64,000 nucleotides of DNA from positions 248,001 through 312,000 of the forward strand of contig NW_026515675.1 in the NCBI RefSeq assembly GCF_025526975.1, written 5' to 3'. Position 1 is the stretch's first letter. Each line of letters begins with the position of its first letter. The notes below the pieces were generated by a model. The model made no database searches. It worked only from the letters and a program-made list of their open reading frames with translations, and had not been told where the DNA came from. Shown piece after piece: positions 23,952 to 38,600 of this stretch. A program made the position numbers and the translations under genes. Origin of the DNA: Fimicolochytrium jonesii (Eukaryota).

Positions 23952-26430
23952 TCAAGTAGAGGCAGCCGCAGGAGCCATACCCTCCTGCGCAGGAGCCGCC
24001 GGAGCAGCAGGAGCAGCAGGAGCCTCGCCACCACCACCACCCTCGGCAGCGGTGGCACCTTCAGCCATCTGATCATCCAACCTGAACACGGCACGACGCA
24101 AATTCTCCTCAACCGCAAGCTCAATCTGCCTCTTCGCGGTACGGTTAATCATCGGCTTGGCAATCTTGTACAAGAAATCATGGTGCGAGTCATGCAGGCG
24201 AAGATCCAAGTCCTTCACGCGGCACTTGACTTCCGCGGGGTGGAGGTATCGGCCCGCCAGGTGTCCGGGCTCGCCCATTCCCGTCTGCATCCCGGGAACG
24301 AGCGTCATGCGAACGTGGAGGCCTTCCCCCTTCATGTCGAAATCGGCCAACCCGACGTCGCCGAACCGGATCAACCCGCGCTTCTTCTTATACATCCACG
24401 CAATGTCGCGCGCGCTCGCCTCAATGTGAGACATGTCAAGCGTGACGTGGCTCGCGAGCTTGACCGCGGCTTCCTCGCCGGTAGCGGCGGTGGAGTCCAT
24501 CGTGGTGTCGGTCACGACATGGACGTAGTTGGGCAAGATGGTGGAATGCAACACGATGTTGTCAAAGATCATGTGGGAGTCTTCGTCCTCGGTGTCGATG
24601 CGCGGGATGGGGATGTATGCGAGGCGGTCTGCGATCATGGGCACGCAGCGCGAGAGGTCGCGGAGGAGGTCGGGTTTGAATTGCGGGTTGCCGCGCTCGT
24701 CGAGGAAGAGGTCGGCGAGGAGGGCGCGAGTATCGGCTTGCAAGCGCTGGGCGGTCGGGTTGTTCTTCAACGCGTTCACGAAGGTGGAGGCTTCGTACGA
24801 GACGGTCTGGGTGTGGTCGTTGTACTTGTTGAGATGGGCGCGGCCGCGGTCGATGAGTTCCTGGCCCTCGTTTTCGTAGTTGGGGTTCTCGATGTAGCCG
24901 GGCTCGCGAATGGATTTGTGCAGGAAGGTGGTGACGTCGGACCAGAACTGGGCGAGTTCTTGGTCGTGTTGGGCGTCGGCCGCCATGGCCCGGAGGGCGT
25001 TGATGAGCGGGTCGAGGGAACGGCCGCCGGCGAAGTTTTCGACGAGCTGTTTCGCGTTTTCAAAGGCGGCTTTGGCTTCTTTGGTGGCTTGGGTTTCGCC
25101 GATGCCGGAGTCGCGGCGGAGGCCTTGATATTCTGAGTCTTCACCGCTGGGCATTGTCGTTCCCGTGGCAGAGGTAGCGGCGGGCGTGAGGCCCGTGGCA
25201 GGCTCGGTGCCTCGCATACCCTGGTCTTGATGCATCTTGTCATACTGGTCCCCGCCCTGCTGGTCGGTACCAGCAGCCTTGGTAACGCCAGTCGACGCCA
25301 TGGTCTTGGCCTGCATAGCAAGCGGGGCAAGCAAGTCGAGTAGCTCATCGATACCGCTCTGGAACTCGGGCTTTGACTGTACGGTCTTCATGACCTGCTT
25401 GAGACGACGAATAAGGTCGCGACGCTTTTCTTCAGGCATCTGCAGCAATTTCTTGCCGGCGCGGGCACCGGTCTCGCGAGCATCCGAGTCCTTGTCTTGA
25501 ACTTGCTCTTCACCTTGACCCATTACGGTGCCGGACGGGAGACGCTGTTCAGCTTGCTGAGCGGCGGTTTCAACGGCAGTCTTGGCGGTCTCGGTAAGCG
25601 ACGACCTGGAATTGAGCTTTTCACCCGCAGCCTGCTGAATCTGCCCCGCAACCCCCTTGATTTCCTCACCGGCCTGTCCCATAGCCGACGTCGCAGTATC
25701 CAAACCCTCACCCGCCTTCTGCTGGACATTCTCCCCACTCGTGTCTTGCGCAGCCTCATGAGCCTTACCAGCACCTTGACGCATTCCCTCAGGCGCGTTA
25801 GGGTCCTGAGCTACGTCGTCGGTTGCAGAGGCGATGTTGCTTCGGACGATTTCATGGGCGATGTCGGTGAGGTCTCCGAGGAGGTTGCGGAACTCGGGGG
25901 AGGTGATGATCATTTTGGCGAGCTCGGCGGAGCGCGAGCCGGCTTTGATGAGGCGGTCGGCGGCGTCGGAGTGTTCGGTGGCTGTCATGGGGCGGTAGGA
26001 TGCGGCTTCTGTTGATGTGAGGGATGAAACCGGTTGGTAGGTTTGTGGATGCTTGAAAAGATGATCGCCGACCGAGAACACTTACGCTTGCTGTGGTAAA
26101 TCACCTTCTGAAGCTGATCATCCGGGTTAGTCTCAGCAAGAAGCTTCGCGGCCGAGTCCATGATCTTCTGGGCGTCCGCGGCAACCTACACATCCAATCA
26201 GAAAGATCAACATCCATTCACTGACGAGCACCACCAGTGTACCCCTTACTCACCTTCCGACCTCCAGGACTCAATTCCCCCTGCACCTTCCGCAGCGTCT
26301 CAGACTCCTTCGCATGCTGCAACGACTGCACGGCCTCTTGCGTGGTCGGGAGCCGGCCTTCCTGGACGGCGGCGGCGAGCTCGCGGGCACGGTTGGCGCG
26401 CTGGCGTTCGATGTCGGTTGTGTCTGACAT
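23952..26430 (-). CDS. Fungal DUF4449/DUF5923 (HAM1-like) protein
   Basis: GRLPTTQE at the N-terminus, LVENFAGGRSLDP, LFLDERGNPQFKPDL, YIPIPRID...IFDNIVL, DIAWMYKKKRG...DVGLADF, HDFLYKIAKP. Two introns near the 5' end; TATA-like element at about 26567. Confidence 0.75.
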
Positions 26431-27434
26431 TGATGTTCTGATTCGAAAAAGATTTTGCGATTGGCTTGGTTTATATTGATATGTGATAGAATTTCAGTGT
26501 GATGTTGAAGAGGATATGGAGGTTCAGCGACGAGGCAGGAGGGAGGTGCAAGCCAACAGTCTGCTCTTTATACGTGGCGGCGCCCCAGAAACCTCTACAT
26601 TAGTCCTGTCAGTTGACCTGCTCAATTAAGATGACGACCGTCTACGTCAGTTTCATAACCGCATTTGAGTATGGTTTGCCATTTGCCTCCACAGAGTTTT
26701 GTAGACAAGAAACCAAATCCGAAGTTCACAACTGCCCCAACCGCCGCTATCATCTCAAACAGACCATATCCGTATCTCTCTCCTTCACAACCGTTTATCT
26801 CGTATCTCGCCGCTTTGATGTACCCCACATTGGCGCAGAAACCTCGTATTCCGCTATGAAGGGGGATGAGGAAGCAATGTCGTCACCAATTTCCCCCAGG
26901 TGGTGTGCTCATGGGGGAAGAATTGACTGGATTTGACAGCGCCTGGGCCACCGCATGTTTCCTATGATGTGAAGAAAGGCCGTATTGAGGCATTGCGGCA
27001 AACAGTTCCTTGACGCACACCCATGGTGAGGATATGACAGCAGGGTATATCGTTAACTGTGAAGGCGGCATCTTGGGCCATTCAGATGACGTGTTGAACG
27101 CCGGTCACATGGGATTATGGGACGCGGGCGCTTGATTTCAAGGCCATTCGAGTTTCGCAGACATGGCGGTTCTTGCCCCCACAGTTCACATCTCCCATTT
27201 TGGACAGCTGGTTTCTGCCCATTCTGCCAATCGCCTCACTGCCTGGTCGCCCCTTTCTGCTCTCTGCCGCACTGCCGCTCTCAGCCTCCGCATACTTGCT
27301 ACGCCCTAGTCGGTTGGACCCCCAGCGAGAGGTCTCCTTTATATAACAGCAAACGTCGCCGTTGAACTCGCGCTAACCAGCTGCCAAAACCACTCTCCAC
27401 ATCGCCCCGACGTCGAGGTTGAGGCAGAGACAGC

Positions 27435-28846
27435 ATGCCGAAAGACCTCCCTCTGGTCGAATACACCAAGACTCGAATTACTGGGACAGACGACACAGAG
27501 TATGTAGTCACCTGGAAGCAGTCAGGCGAAACGGTGCGGGTGCGGACAGGCGACTCGAAATATCACGGCAAAGGGCTGTTTTGTGCGCAAGAGCGAATAC
27601 CGGAAGGGTCATACCTGGACCACTATCACGGGAGAACTATGTCCTCTCTAAAAGCGCATAAGGATTACCCTGAGAATGACGACTCCTTCTATACGAAATA
27701 TGGCACAGTCGTTGTTCCTTTCAACACCAATCCGGTGGGTTCGACAGAAAAGGCCGGTTTGACAGCCCCGACAGAGCACTGACGGAACACCTTCATACCT
27801 TTAGGGCCGATTCATTAACGACAGTGTCAAGCTTCCCGAGTCTGAGGACGGAGAGTTGGAGTATCTGGAGCCACACAACGCCTCGTTTGTAGACAGGGAA
27901 GAGGCTGTGTACGTCGTGGCGACAAAGGACATACTCCAAGACGAAGAGATCATAATAGACTATGGGCGGGAGTATTGGAATGCGAAACTGCTGGAGCACG
28001 CTGGCTTTGAAGACATGTACGTTGAGGTTTACCGTTTCTGTGCAGTTGACGGTCTCCTGACTTCTAACATGGGCCACAGACCCCCGCGCCTGGAGTTCGT
28101 TACAAATGCAAAGGACGCCAGAACCAAAAAGTGTTGGGCGAAAGCAATGGGTCGCTCCGAGCTACCTGATGACGTGCGGTTAATAAAGATACGGAGAGGC
28201 AAGGTCGAAACCAAACGGAAGGTGTATGATTATTACCTTCTGAAAAAGGTATGTCACTGATATCAGGAGGCATCCGACATTACGCGCTGTGTCATTAACA
28301 TTGTCCGCAAAGGGTGTCATGGGCGTATGGCGGTCCGGGAAACAGTACGCCGTGCACCTAGAACATGAGCGCGTCAACGCCTTCGCCGAGTCACCCGCTC
28401 CATGTCCATGCGAAACCTGCTTGAAGAAACGAGGTGGTGTGAAGCGGAAACTAGCCCGGGCCGAGGACGATGACGACGTCTCGACCGCTCCACCAACAAA
28501 CATACCGCCACCAGCGAAGAGAGCAAGGCCACGGCGCGGGGTGATAGAGAGCGACTGTTCCACCCCGGACGTTGAGTTACCCGTGTCATCAACTTCGTCC
28601 GTCCGAGAGGATTCGAGTAGGGAGGACGAAACCGAGCCGTTGCCTCTACCGCTGTCAAACCCTATTTCACCGCGTCTGCAGACTATCAACTTGCACGGCT
28701 CTGTGTCTACTTCAACCACCTCAAACAAATCAAATACACTTCAAATCGAGGCTCGGCAGGAAGTCGTAACCACACAGGACAAGGAAAACCACCATACAAC
28801 CTATGCTGAGGGACTGTCATGCACAATCATCATCGGTGACGAATGA
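27435..28846 (+). CDS. SET-domain protein, divergent; 2 introns
   Basis: HGKGLF (motif I), YHG, GRFINDS, YVVATKDI..DEEIIIDYGREYW (motif IV). Intron 27735-27804 restores frame; low-complexity tail with NLS-like KKRGGVKRK. Confidence 0.75.
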
Positions 28847-29677
28847 GTGGAGGAGAACCTTCTTGGTCGCTCAAGCCTTGGCGACAGCAATTCAGCCCTG
28901 GGCTTATTGTTGGCATGCCCGATATGCGAACTCCGAGTTGCCTGTTTGAACTTTCTTATGCCGGCCAAGACACCAGTCTTTCAGGTCTCCGTCAAGTTCC
29001 CCCCTCAAGTCTTCACACCATTATGGGAATTCTACCATATGACAATCCTGGATGTTACGCAGCGATACATCTGTTCTCTCTGCAAGTGGTCTCCTAGCAA
29101 GCATGGCAAGCACGCTGATGATTGCACAATGTCTGCGCTTCCTGGTAGTTTTGTTGATGACGGCACACTGTCTGTGCATCCCAGTAGTCACTGCGGAGGT
29201 ATGTAGATTATGCACAACTATGTACAATTACACATCATATGTGTTTGGGCTCATATATTGCAGCTGTCGGACTTTTTCTGACTGTTGCATTATTGTAATT
29301 GCAAAAGCATGGGCAGAAGTCCTTTCTTGTCACTTGAGCATGGGTAATGGCAACCTGGCCCTGAGCTTATTTTGGGCCTGCCAGATACACAAACTCCACC
29401 CAGCTGTAGAATCTTTCTTACCCAATGTTCTCGTGCGGTCTTGTGAGTTGTCACCATGTTTTTAATACCTGCAGGGGGAATTTGATCCCACTTTGCCGGC
29501 CTAGACGTTGCCGAGAGACACATTTCATCTCTGTATGCTGCTGACACTCATTTTACTTCTAGGTTTGTTGTACATCCAGAGATGTAGTAAATATCTATCT
29601 CACACACATAACATAATATATACACATGATACCAAAATGATTGCCACATCCTCTACTCCCCTCACTTCATGTCAGTA

Positions 29678-32600
29678 TCACCGAAAAGCATTCACAGTCG
29701 GTGCATTCCTCATCCGTCTCTCCAACGGCTGCCACGTCTTCCACGGATTCTTCCCCTTCGTCCTTATATCCTCCTTCACGACGGCCGGAGTAGCTTCTTT
29801 GTTTTCCTTGAACGGCGGCGGGCGTGTGAGGAGGAACCCGAGGTCGATGTCGGTCGCGGGCTCTTCGGCGTCGAGGATGTCGGTTAGGTCTAGTTGGTGG
29901 ATCTGTGGGATTTTGTAATACGGTCAATACATGCGTGATATGAATGTATTGGATGAAGTTGGCGACATACCTGAACCAGAGGGTATGTGAGCACGCTGCC
30001 GATGACGGGGTCTTCCGACAAGATGGATGGGAGAGGCACTTCCGCCGTTTTCAGTTGGATGAACTAAAAGATAAAGATGTAAGCATGCGTTATCGCATGT
30101 TGTCTCTGGCTGGTAGGTACTTACCGAGTCGACCAAGGCGCCGACAGTGTGCGACTGAACCGAATGCCGGACTTTCCACGTCTCCTCGATTTGGGTGACG
30201 ATCTCCATCCGCCGTTGCAGTTGCAGATCCAGCGCCGCCTCGAATTCGGGGTTCGGTGAGTCGCCGCCCGTCTCAGGCGTAGCCTCCATTGCGGGATCAC
30301 CGGACGGCGAGTGTGATGACGGGTTTGCGTCCCTGCCAGTCTGCCCCGCCGTGTCCGCCGACCGTGGCCGCGATGTACGTTCGACGCTCTGTTCTTGGGC
30401 AGGGTTCTCCTCCTCACGCGTCACGACCTGCACAGCGGCGACCTCCTCTTCTTGCGCAGGCGGCGGACCGGGGATCCTCACGGCGTTCTTCGGCACCACA
30501 TCGCCGTCGCCGAGATTGGGATGCTCGATGAAGGTTAATGGGTCGCCTTCGGACTGGATTCGCGGTCTCTGGTCCGTGGCGGGAGGTGACGCCGTGGCCA
30601 CAGTACTACCAGCTTCCTCTGCTACGGTGCCGGGCGTTGGAGACGTCGGCGCTGGCGAATGCGCTGATGATGCGATTTGCCTCTGTTTAGGCGGACCTCC
30701 TACATGCCTCGCGACCACGATCGCATGGGCGCGCTTGAGCACCTGCGGCGTAGATGCCAGGCATGACAATCCCCGTGCGGCGGTGTACATGACACTGAGG
30801 GATTCTCCGATAAGTTGGTCCAGCAGGTATCGCTTCTTGAACTTTTTGATCCATTCGTCGAGGTCGCCTAGGCGGAGTTCGGAGTCCAGTGGGCCAGGGG
30901 CTGTGAGCTGTTGGTCGACTGTGCTTAGAGCGATGGCTCGCGAACTATTATCCCTGTTTTAGAAGCAAACAGCAACTTACTATCGACAATTTCTCGGTCT
31001 CCAGGACCTCTTTGCTTTTCGGATCAAGCTCGATTTTGATCCCGCTGCCTGTTTTGTGATGCGCATGAGCACTCTTGTTGCACATGGTCTCTATTGATGG
31101 CGTGCCTCTTACCAGTAACATTGATGCTGTACACCTTCTCCCTTGTACACACAGCAACCTTCGCGGTAAATGCCCCGACCTTCATCGCAGCGACGCCAAA
31201 GAAGCATCGCGTGCTTCGGCTGGGTCGCAGGGTGACTGGATCTGGTAATGTAATGACACAGTCGTCGTTGGCGTCGACGATTTTGAAGCTGATCTGGAGG
31301 ATGACGTCCCCCTTGTTGGCGAGCAGCAGAGGTTGGAAGATGCGTAGATTGCATGGAGAGCGGCCTGCAATCAGAGCCGATGTTAGAGAATTGGAGAACA
31401 ACGTCCGCACATACAAGCGTGAAGACTTACCAAACTCCAACGTCGACGGAGAGTACTCCAGCTTGAGAAGGCCACCTATTCCGATCACCGCAAGTTCCTT
31501 GTAGTTGATGCCTTTACACTCAATCATGAACGTATGAGCAAATTTGCCGAGACCCGCTGGCTTGAAAAATGCGTCAATGTCCATCGATTCCTTCGGTTCC
31601 AGATTCCCAAAGACTCTGCCCACGGAGTAGCTCGGTTCCCTCGAAGGAGCGATGGTGAAGTGAACCGGGACCTTTCCTTTATTCGTCAACGTGAATGGCT
31701 CCCTGTAGGAATGTCCTACTGCACACACGCCAAAGTCGAGGTACATATTTTTGATGACAAGTTCTGGGAACGCTGCCTTGCCTCGAATGGCGATGTTAAA
31801 TGTGCCGATGTTGGTGACCATCGCAATGTGCGTTCGCAGCTCGTACCCTCCTGATGGGTTCCATGCCACGGAGAACGTGCTGGACTGTCCGCCAAGAACT
31901 TTCCCAGCTGTTGGCGAAACCTTCAGCGGGTAAGCGCTCTTGATGGTGAAGTGCAGCGGGAACTTTCCGTAGTTCGTGAAGCTGACCGGCTTCGTGGTCG
32001 TCTCCATGACCGGACAGATGCCCATGTTGCAAAGGCTGAACTCGTTTGGTCTGAGGAGCGCTTCTTCGCATTGGCCTTTCACGAGGATGTAGTACAGCTT
32101 GTCGAGCAGGTCCGTGCGGATCATCAGCTGTTCCTCGAACTGAGCGACTTCATGCTTTATGTGTGTGATGGAAACCGCCGTGCTTCGACCGGGATAGAGG
32201 ATGCCTTTGGCATGCCCGATGGAGAACATTGGCGGCTTCATCATCTCCCGCACACTGAAGCTCGTCCGGACGGTGCCGGTGTTTGTGATGTTGAGCTTGA
32301 CACACGGCGAAGCTGTGCGTTCGAACATGCCAAAATCCAATATTTCATTGTCAAACTCCAATACGGCTGTTCCTGCGTGTAGGACTAGAGGGATCTTGTG
32401 ACTACTGTATGGCGAAGAGACCGTCAGATTGATTGTAGCTTTGGTCTCCTTCGACGGCGTATACGCAACAATGATGTCGGTCTCATTGAAGGGATGAATG
32501 ACGACGGACGGCGGGAGGAATTCGACATCGGGGAACTCGCGGTCCAGCTTGAAAGTAACGGGATAGTTGACATCCCCGACGTTCTTTAACCCGAGTTTCT

Positions 32601-35600
32601 GCTCGTATGAGTTGCCAATAAGACATTCGGAGAACTCCATTTGGATTTTCGATACGATCAGTACGGCTTCTCGGCCGAGGCCGACAAGCTCGATTTCCCA
32701 GGAGTCGACGGCGGTCCCGACAACCAGTCGACCCGGTGCCGGACTCTCTTCATGTGGGTTGAACACAATCGGAAGGTTGAATACCTCGTTCGGGAAGAGC
32801 GATACCCGACGCACTGGCCAGTCCTCCCCCTTGAAGAAAGTATCTGTCTCGTGCAATTCGAAGCGCGTCAAATGGAGCATGGCATTTCCCTCGTTCACAA
32901 TTGGCAAGAATGACACGGTGTCCTTGCCAATCATGCAATGCCCAAAGTCGAATCGGCGGTACCTCGATAGCGAGACCTTGGTGTACCCGCCGGCCCCATG
33001 CATTTTGAGACGGATGGGCTGAGAGATGTCCGGTTGGAATACGACATCCTGGTTCTGGATCGACTCGTCCACCGGCTCAAAGGTAAAGCGCACGGTGATT
33101 GTTTGCCCGACTTTGATGTGTCCTCTTGCGGGCAGTATCCGGAGGGAGGCATTCGGGTTGAGGAATTGAAAGTTGAAATCCTTGTGGCCGACGTTCGTGA
33201 AAGTGCGCATAATCGTCTCCGATTCCCCGAGTGGCTGGCGGTGGAAGTCGAGCATTCTTGTGTCGTCACACAGAACAGATATCGCTTTGGGGGTGGCTGT
33301 CAGTGCGATCTCATGAACTGACGCATTGGGCACGCCTGGCTTGATCAGTAACGTGGCCAAAAAAGTGTCTTCAGTAGACAAATCGATCTCAACGGTCAAC
33401 GTGGTTTCGCCATAGCTTGGCAGAGTGCTGATCGGCGGGTCCACCTTCAGGTAAGGTTTGATAAAAGGTAGCGATTGGCTCGACAGCTGGGTGCTTGAGA
33501 TGAGATGGAAGAACATCTGGCGCCGCTTGAAGAACGCCGAGTATTGCGCTGGCAATCCTTTCTTCGGGTTCAACAACACGCTGGTCCCAAGCGAAGCTCC
33601 AACAGCTCCAGCAGGTTTCTGACTGAGGTTCGACGCACTGCCAGTCGCACTGGTTTGACCAGGCGTTGCTGAAAGGGCTTCGTCGGCGGTTGTCAAAGCA
33701 TCGCCGGGAGCCTGCGCCTGCTGCTTAAGCAAGGTCCGGAGCTTTCCAAGCGTGTTTCCCCAGAGAGCGCTCAAAGGGTCTGCGTTTGCATCCATATTTT
33801 CCTCTTCCAAATCTTCCGCTTTTCGGATCATCATGGCAATCATTTGCCACCTATTCTTTGCCGTCAACGTGATGGTCTGAACGTTCCGGTCCGCGCAGAG
33901 TTGCTGCCGAGCCCATCCAGATCTCGGATCCAGGACGGAGTAATTCTCGTCGAACTGCACAAACGAGGAGGAGGTCTCGCTGGAATGACCAACTACTAGC
34001 CATTCAGCCGTAATGCTCGCCGGAATAGACCCGCTATTCACGAGCGTAAGCTTACGGCGATACACATGGTTTGTGGCGATATCACCCATGTTAAGATCGC
34101 CACGATGCGTGATCTGAATCGTTCCTCCTTTGCCTCGCAGAGGAACTACATAAGACCCTCCTTCCGACCTGATTTGGATACTCCCTGCCGCAATCATTGG
34201 TGACCGCGCGACGAACCGCGCAACGACCTCCAAACCAACACCAGGAGCGATCGTAGAGCGAATGTTGGAGAACCAGTTCCAGATGGTGCGCTTGGACGGC
34301 GGAGGGGGTTTGGGAGCACCGGCCATCTTGTGCTGTTCCAGCGGGATGGGATCACCAACGAGTGCCATGACATACTCGTCGTTGTCGACCACGGCTTCCA
34401 TGGATATCTCCACCATTCCGACGTTGAATAAGAAGAAATGCTTCTCCGAGGCACTATTGAAGGGCACCATGCCGAAATCCAGACCGTTCATCGAGACATC
34501 TTTGTCGTCAGCATATACAACTTCCAGTTTCCCGATACCGCCACTGGCGAGCATTTGAAGTCTGAGAGGTTCTTTCTCCCACAACACTTTTATGGTCGTT
34601 GAGAACTTGTTTTCCGACGTGGGGCGAAAGTACACCCGTAGAGGATTTGCTGACCCTGGAGGAATGAAACCCCGCAACGGTTGAACGTCGAATTCGCGAA
34701 TGCTGAACGGCTGCACCAGATAATCGATGCCGAAAGGACCCTCGTTCTTGAGCTGAAGAGTATGTACATGCTCCGATTGAATGGGATGGACGCCGAGATC
34801 GAGCGTACGCATCTCTTCCGAACCGGCGAGCAGTTCTCCGGATTGGCCATACATCATAAGCCTTGGGAAAGCCGCCCGCCCGCAGACATTGATGTCCTCA
34901 AACTGATCCCCGAAATAAACCCGGAATTTGATTTCTGTGTGGGCCTCCGAGAGAGGCGAGAACTCGATGAACAAATCAGTCTTGCCGTATGGTTTGCAAT
35001 GACCATCCGGGTTCATCAACGTGAACCCCTTTGCTGCAAGTTCCTTCACCCACGGTCGGACTTCCTCTTCCGCATCGCCAGAGTCCGCATTGCTAGTTCT
35101 GGGCGCATTCAACCTCTGGCCCAACTCCGAATACACCGACCAGTCTCCATCCTCCGGTTCGGGTCGCAGATGATAGTCCACGCCAAGATTGCCAGCGTTC
35201 GATATAGTAAGAGGCTTTTTGAACGTTCGGCGAATCCTGCACAGTCCGAAATCAATCAGGCTCAATGGCGAGTCAATTTTTAGCACGGCCCGGCCGCCAA
35301 CGCCCTTGATTGGCGCTACTAGGCTCTTGAACTCGTAGTTGAGATTGATCTGACACTCGTACTCTGCCAAGGAGTCAGGGATGAACGTGATGCAGATTTC
35401 GACCGACTCACCGACATGTAAGGAGCCACTGGTGGGCTCGGCGGTTATGATATGTGGCTTTGTCGGGACAGGTCTCAATGCCGCTCTTCCCTCTGAATCA
35501 TGTCCGATCGTCAACTTGTTTTCCAAGTTCAAAATGAATGGCAGGTTGATGTTGCCCTCGTTCGACATCGTGAAGATCTTCTTGTACACCCCGTTGACAG

Positions 35601-38600
35601 CGCATACACCAAAGTCGAGCGACTGCATCGCATCGGGAGGATTGAATGCCAACTTAGGCACACCCACCGACCCTTCCAATGACAAGACAAAGTGATCACC
35701 GCGACTATCAGAGGATCTCAAGAAAGCTTTCGCCTTCAATGTTTCCACGACTTGAGGGACATAGACTATGTTGATGTCTTTGATCGTGTTCGGGCCCACG
35801 ACGACAACCTCGTTCTCCTTATCGTTGTCGAGACTGATGCCCGGGTGATGACAACTGAAGATGACGTGGGCTTCGGCAGCCCCTTTGTTCTGGACCTTTA
35901 CGGGCTGGACATTGCGTGTCATGAACAGCGCCGTGCCGAAATCCACGTTCTTCGTGAGGACAACCAGTTCCGGGTAACTTCCCATCCCGCGTAAGCTCAC
36001 AAGAAGAGGCTCGATTGTGTATCCCTCCTGCATGTGCGGCAGCACTCTCAGGGTTTCGGTAAGCTGGCCCACTGCTTTCGGTGCGAACTTGACCGTAATC
36101 TCCACCGACCCAGCGCCTTCCAGCATCCCCTGCTCGGGATCAGCCGAAAACTGCGTATTACTGCACTCCACAAAGTACCTCAAAGGCAAGATACCGCGGT
36201 TCTTCAACGAGACCCTGAAATGCTTCTTGGTCCCGATCCTCAGTGTCCCAAAGTCCAGCTCATCAACGTCGATCCACAATCGGCTGGAAGCGCCCACTCC
36301 ATGAACCACAATCTGGCTTTCTGCGAAATCGCCCGTGCGGAGCGTGCAGTAGGAGTTGACTTCGTATTGCGCGAGACTGGGAGTGAATGCCACCGCGACG
36401 GATTGGGTGCAGCCCGGGAGGAGTTTGCCAGAGGTCGGGAAGAAGGACATTGGGAGTGGGATTGACTTCTCGTCTTCGGGTAGTGGGGCGGTGTCGAACT
36501 TCTCCATGGGGTGGTACCGGATGGAATCTTGGGTCAGCGTCCATGGCAGTGGAACCGTCCCAGTGTTGGTGAACTTGATGTCGGTTTTCTAAGTAAGGCG
36601 ACGAAGGTCAGATGATAGGACATGCAATGCATCATTCAACTTGGAAACATACATGTCGAATATAAACCGCCCGAACTCCAAAGTCAACTCTCTTCTCCCA
36701 AAGTTGCAATGCCGGCTGTATGTTCCCATGTATCCAGAAAACATATGCCTCGGCCTCGCCGTTCGATCTCTCCACGTCCACCTTCATGACAGCGTTTCGC
36801 TCTCCCTTTTGGCGCTGTAAAAGGAAAACAACCCTTAGTACATTCACTGCGGGTTCCTGCAGGCTCTCATATACATACCACATCAAATCCTGCCAGCGAC
36901 AGCTTGATAATACACTTCTGCGACGCCGGCAACCGGAACGGAAACGCCTTGGACGAAGCCGACGGCCCACCCACCACAGAGGTTGATATCGACTTGTACC
37001 TCCGTCTCCGTACAGGTGCGTTGACACTGGAAGCCGCGACAGACTGCCGTCCAAACCCAGTCCCTCCTGCATGCTCACCGATCTTATGATCAACTTCATC
37101 CCAGTCGATTTCCACGGCGTCAAGCGGCGCATTGCCAAACTCCGACGAAATTTGCGTTTCGAGCAAGATATCCTCCTCGAATTTCCACTGCACGTGGGTC
37201 TCGTCGTCCAATGTGATGTTCTTGACAGAGTAGTCAAACGTACCCACGTTCGTGAGACGGAACATCTTCTCTTTAGGTCGTCCCATCTCGACAAACCCGA
37301 AATCGATCGTGCTCTCCGTCGTTCGGACAGGTTTCTCATCACCAGCAAGAAGTTCAGCAAGCAACGGCCCAGCGGTAACACGCACCGGATTGGCCAGATT
37401 CGACTCAATCCCCGACCTTCCCCCCGTTCCTATAACCGGCACCGGCCTCGTCAACCCCCCAAAAGACAAAACCAGCAACTCACTAAACGTCCCACTCTTC
37501 GTCGGCTCAAACAACACCGGCAGCTCCAGCTTCGTCTGCCTTCTCACCATCGTCCCCGTCAATCCCGACGTGTGGAACGGCGGCGGGGTGGTGATGACCA
37601 AGTGCGTGCTCGACTGCTGGTTGTTGATGATCGTCAGGGGGCGGGAGACCCGCTCGCCGATCTCGACGTCCCCGTGGTGCAGGAACTCGGGCATGAAGGC
37701 GAGATCCTGCACGCCTACCGAGCAATCGAAGACGAGGGGGGGGAGACTGCGTTTGGCGCGGCCGCGCATGTGTTCGGCGTTGACCATGTGGGAGATTGGG
37801 TCGGTGTATTCCATAAAGAGTTTGGCGCGGTAGTCGCCTGATGAGGTTGCTTGGAAGGTGATATCGACCGTGTAGATCTCGAAGGGTTTTAGGTTCATGC
37901 GTGGGACGGAGAGGGAGAAGGGACACCAGTCGGAGCTAGAGGAGGTTGTGGGGACGATCATCGGGAGCCCGTCAGCGCCGAGGCCTGTGCCCTGCTGTCC
38001 GACGGTTACGAGACGGGCTTCCCAAACCACATCGACGGGCGCCCGGTTCCGCAGGATAAATCGCCGGGACAGCTTCTCCATGACTTTCAGCGAGGGATAA
38101 TGCACAGTATCCATCCCCTCCCTGCTTTCCAACGACACCAAATCCCCCAAAATCCCCTGCAATCCGGCACTCACAAGCCCGCCCTTCTTATCATTCGCCT
38201 CAAACGCCGTGATGGATCCCAAAATAATCTGATGCATCGTCTCGGGTCCAATCCCATTTTCCAAGAACGACGGATTGATCCTGATGGGTATATCCACGCT
38301 CGCCGACCCCTCCAACTCCCCTTCCAGCGGCGCATCCGTGTAGAAATGCTCGCTGAGCGCCAGCCGGTACTTCTGCACCGTGCTGCCCAGGTTCGATAAG
38401 GTGACGAACTCGCAGATATCTTCAAACCGGCCGCTGAGATGGGCGCCGAAAATGGTCTGGATGGGTGGGTCTAGTTCGAGCACTTCGGACGATTTGATCA
38501 CGGCGGTCGTTGACGCTCGCCCGCGTTTGGGCATGACGCCCGTGGCGGGTTCCTCCGCCGGATTAGCGATGAATTTCCGCACAGCGTCGAGGGACTTCTC

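Noticed and set aside
24180..25136. 318-aa plus-strand ORF, and similar long antisense ORFs such as 37071-37841, 12221-13042 and 46517-47431
   Set aside because: Shadows of GC-rich, codon-biased genes on the opposite strand; no recognisable motifs.
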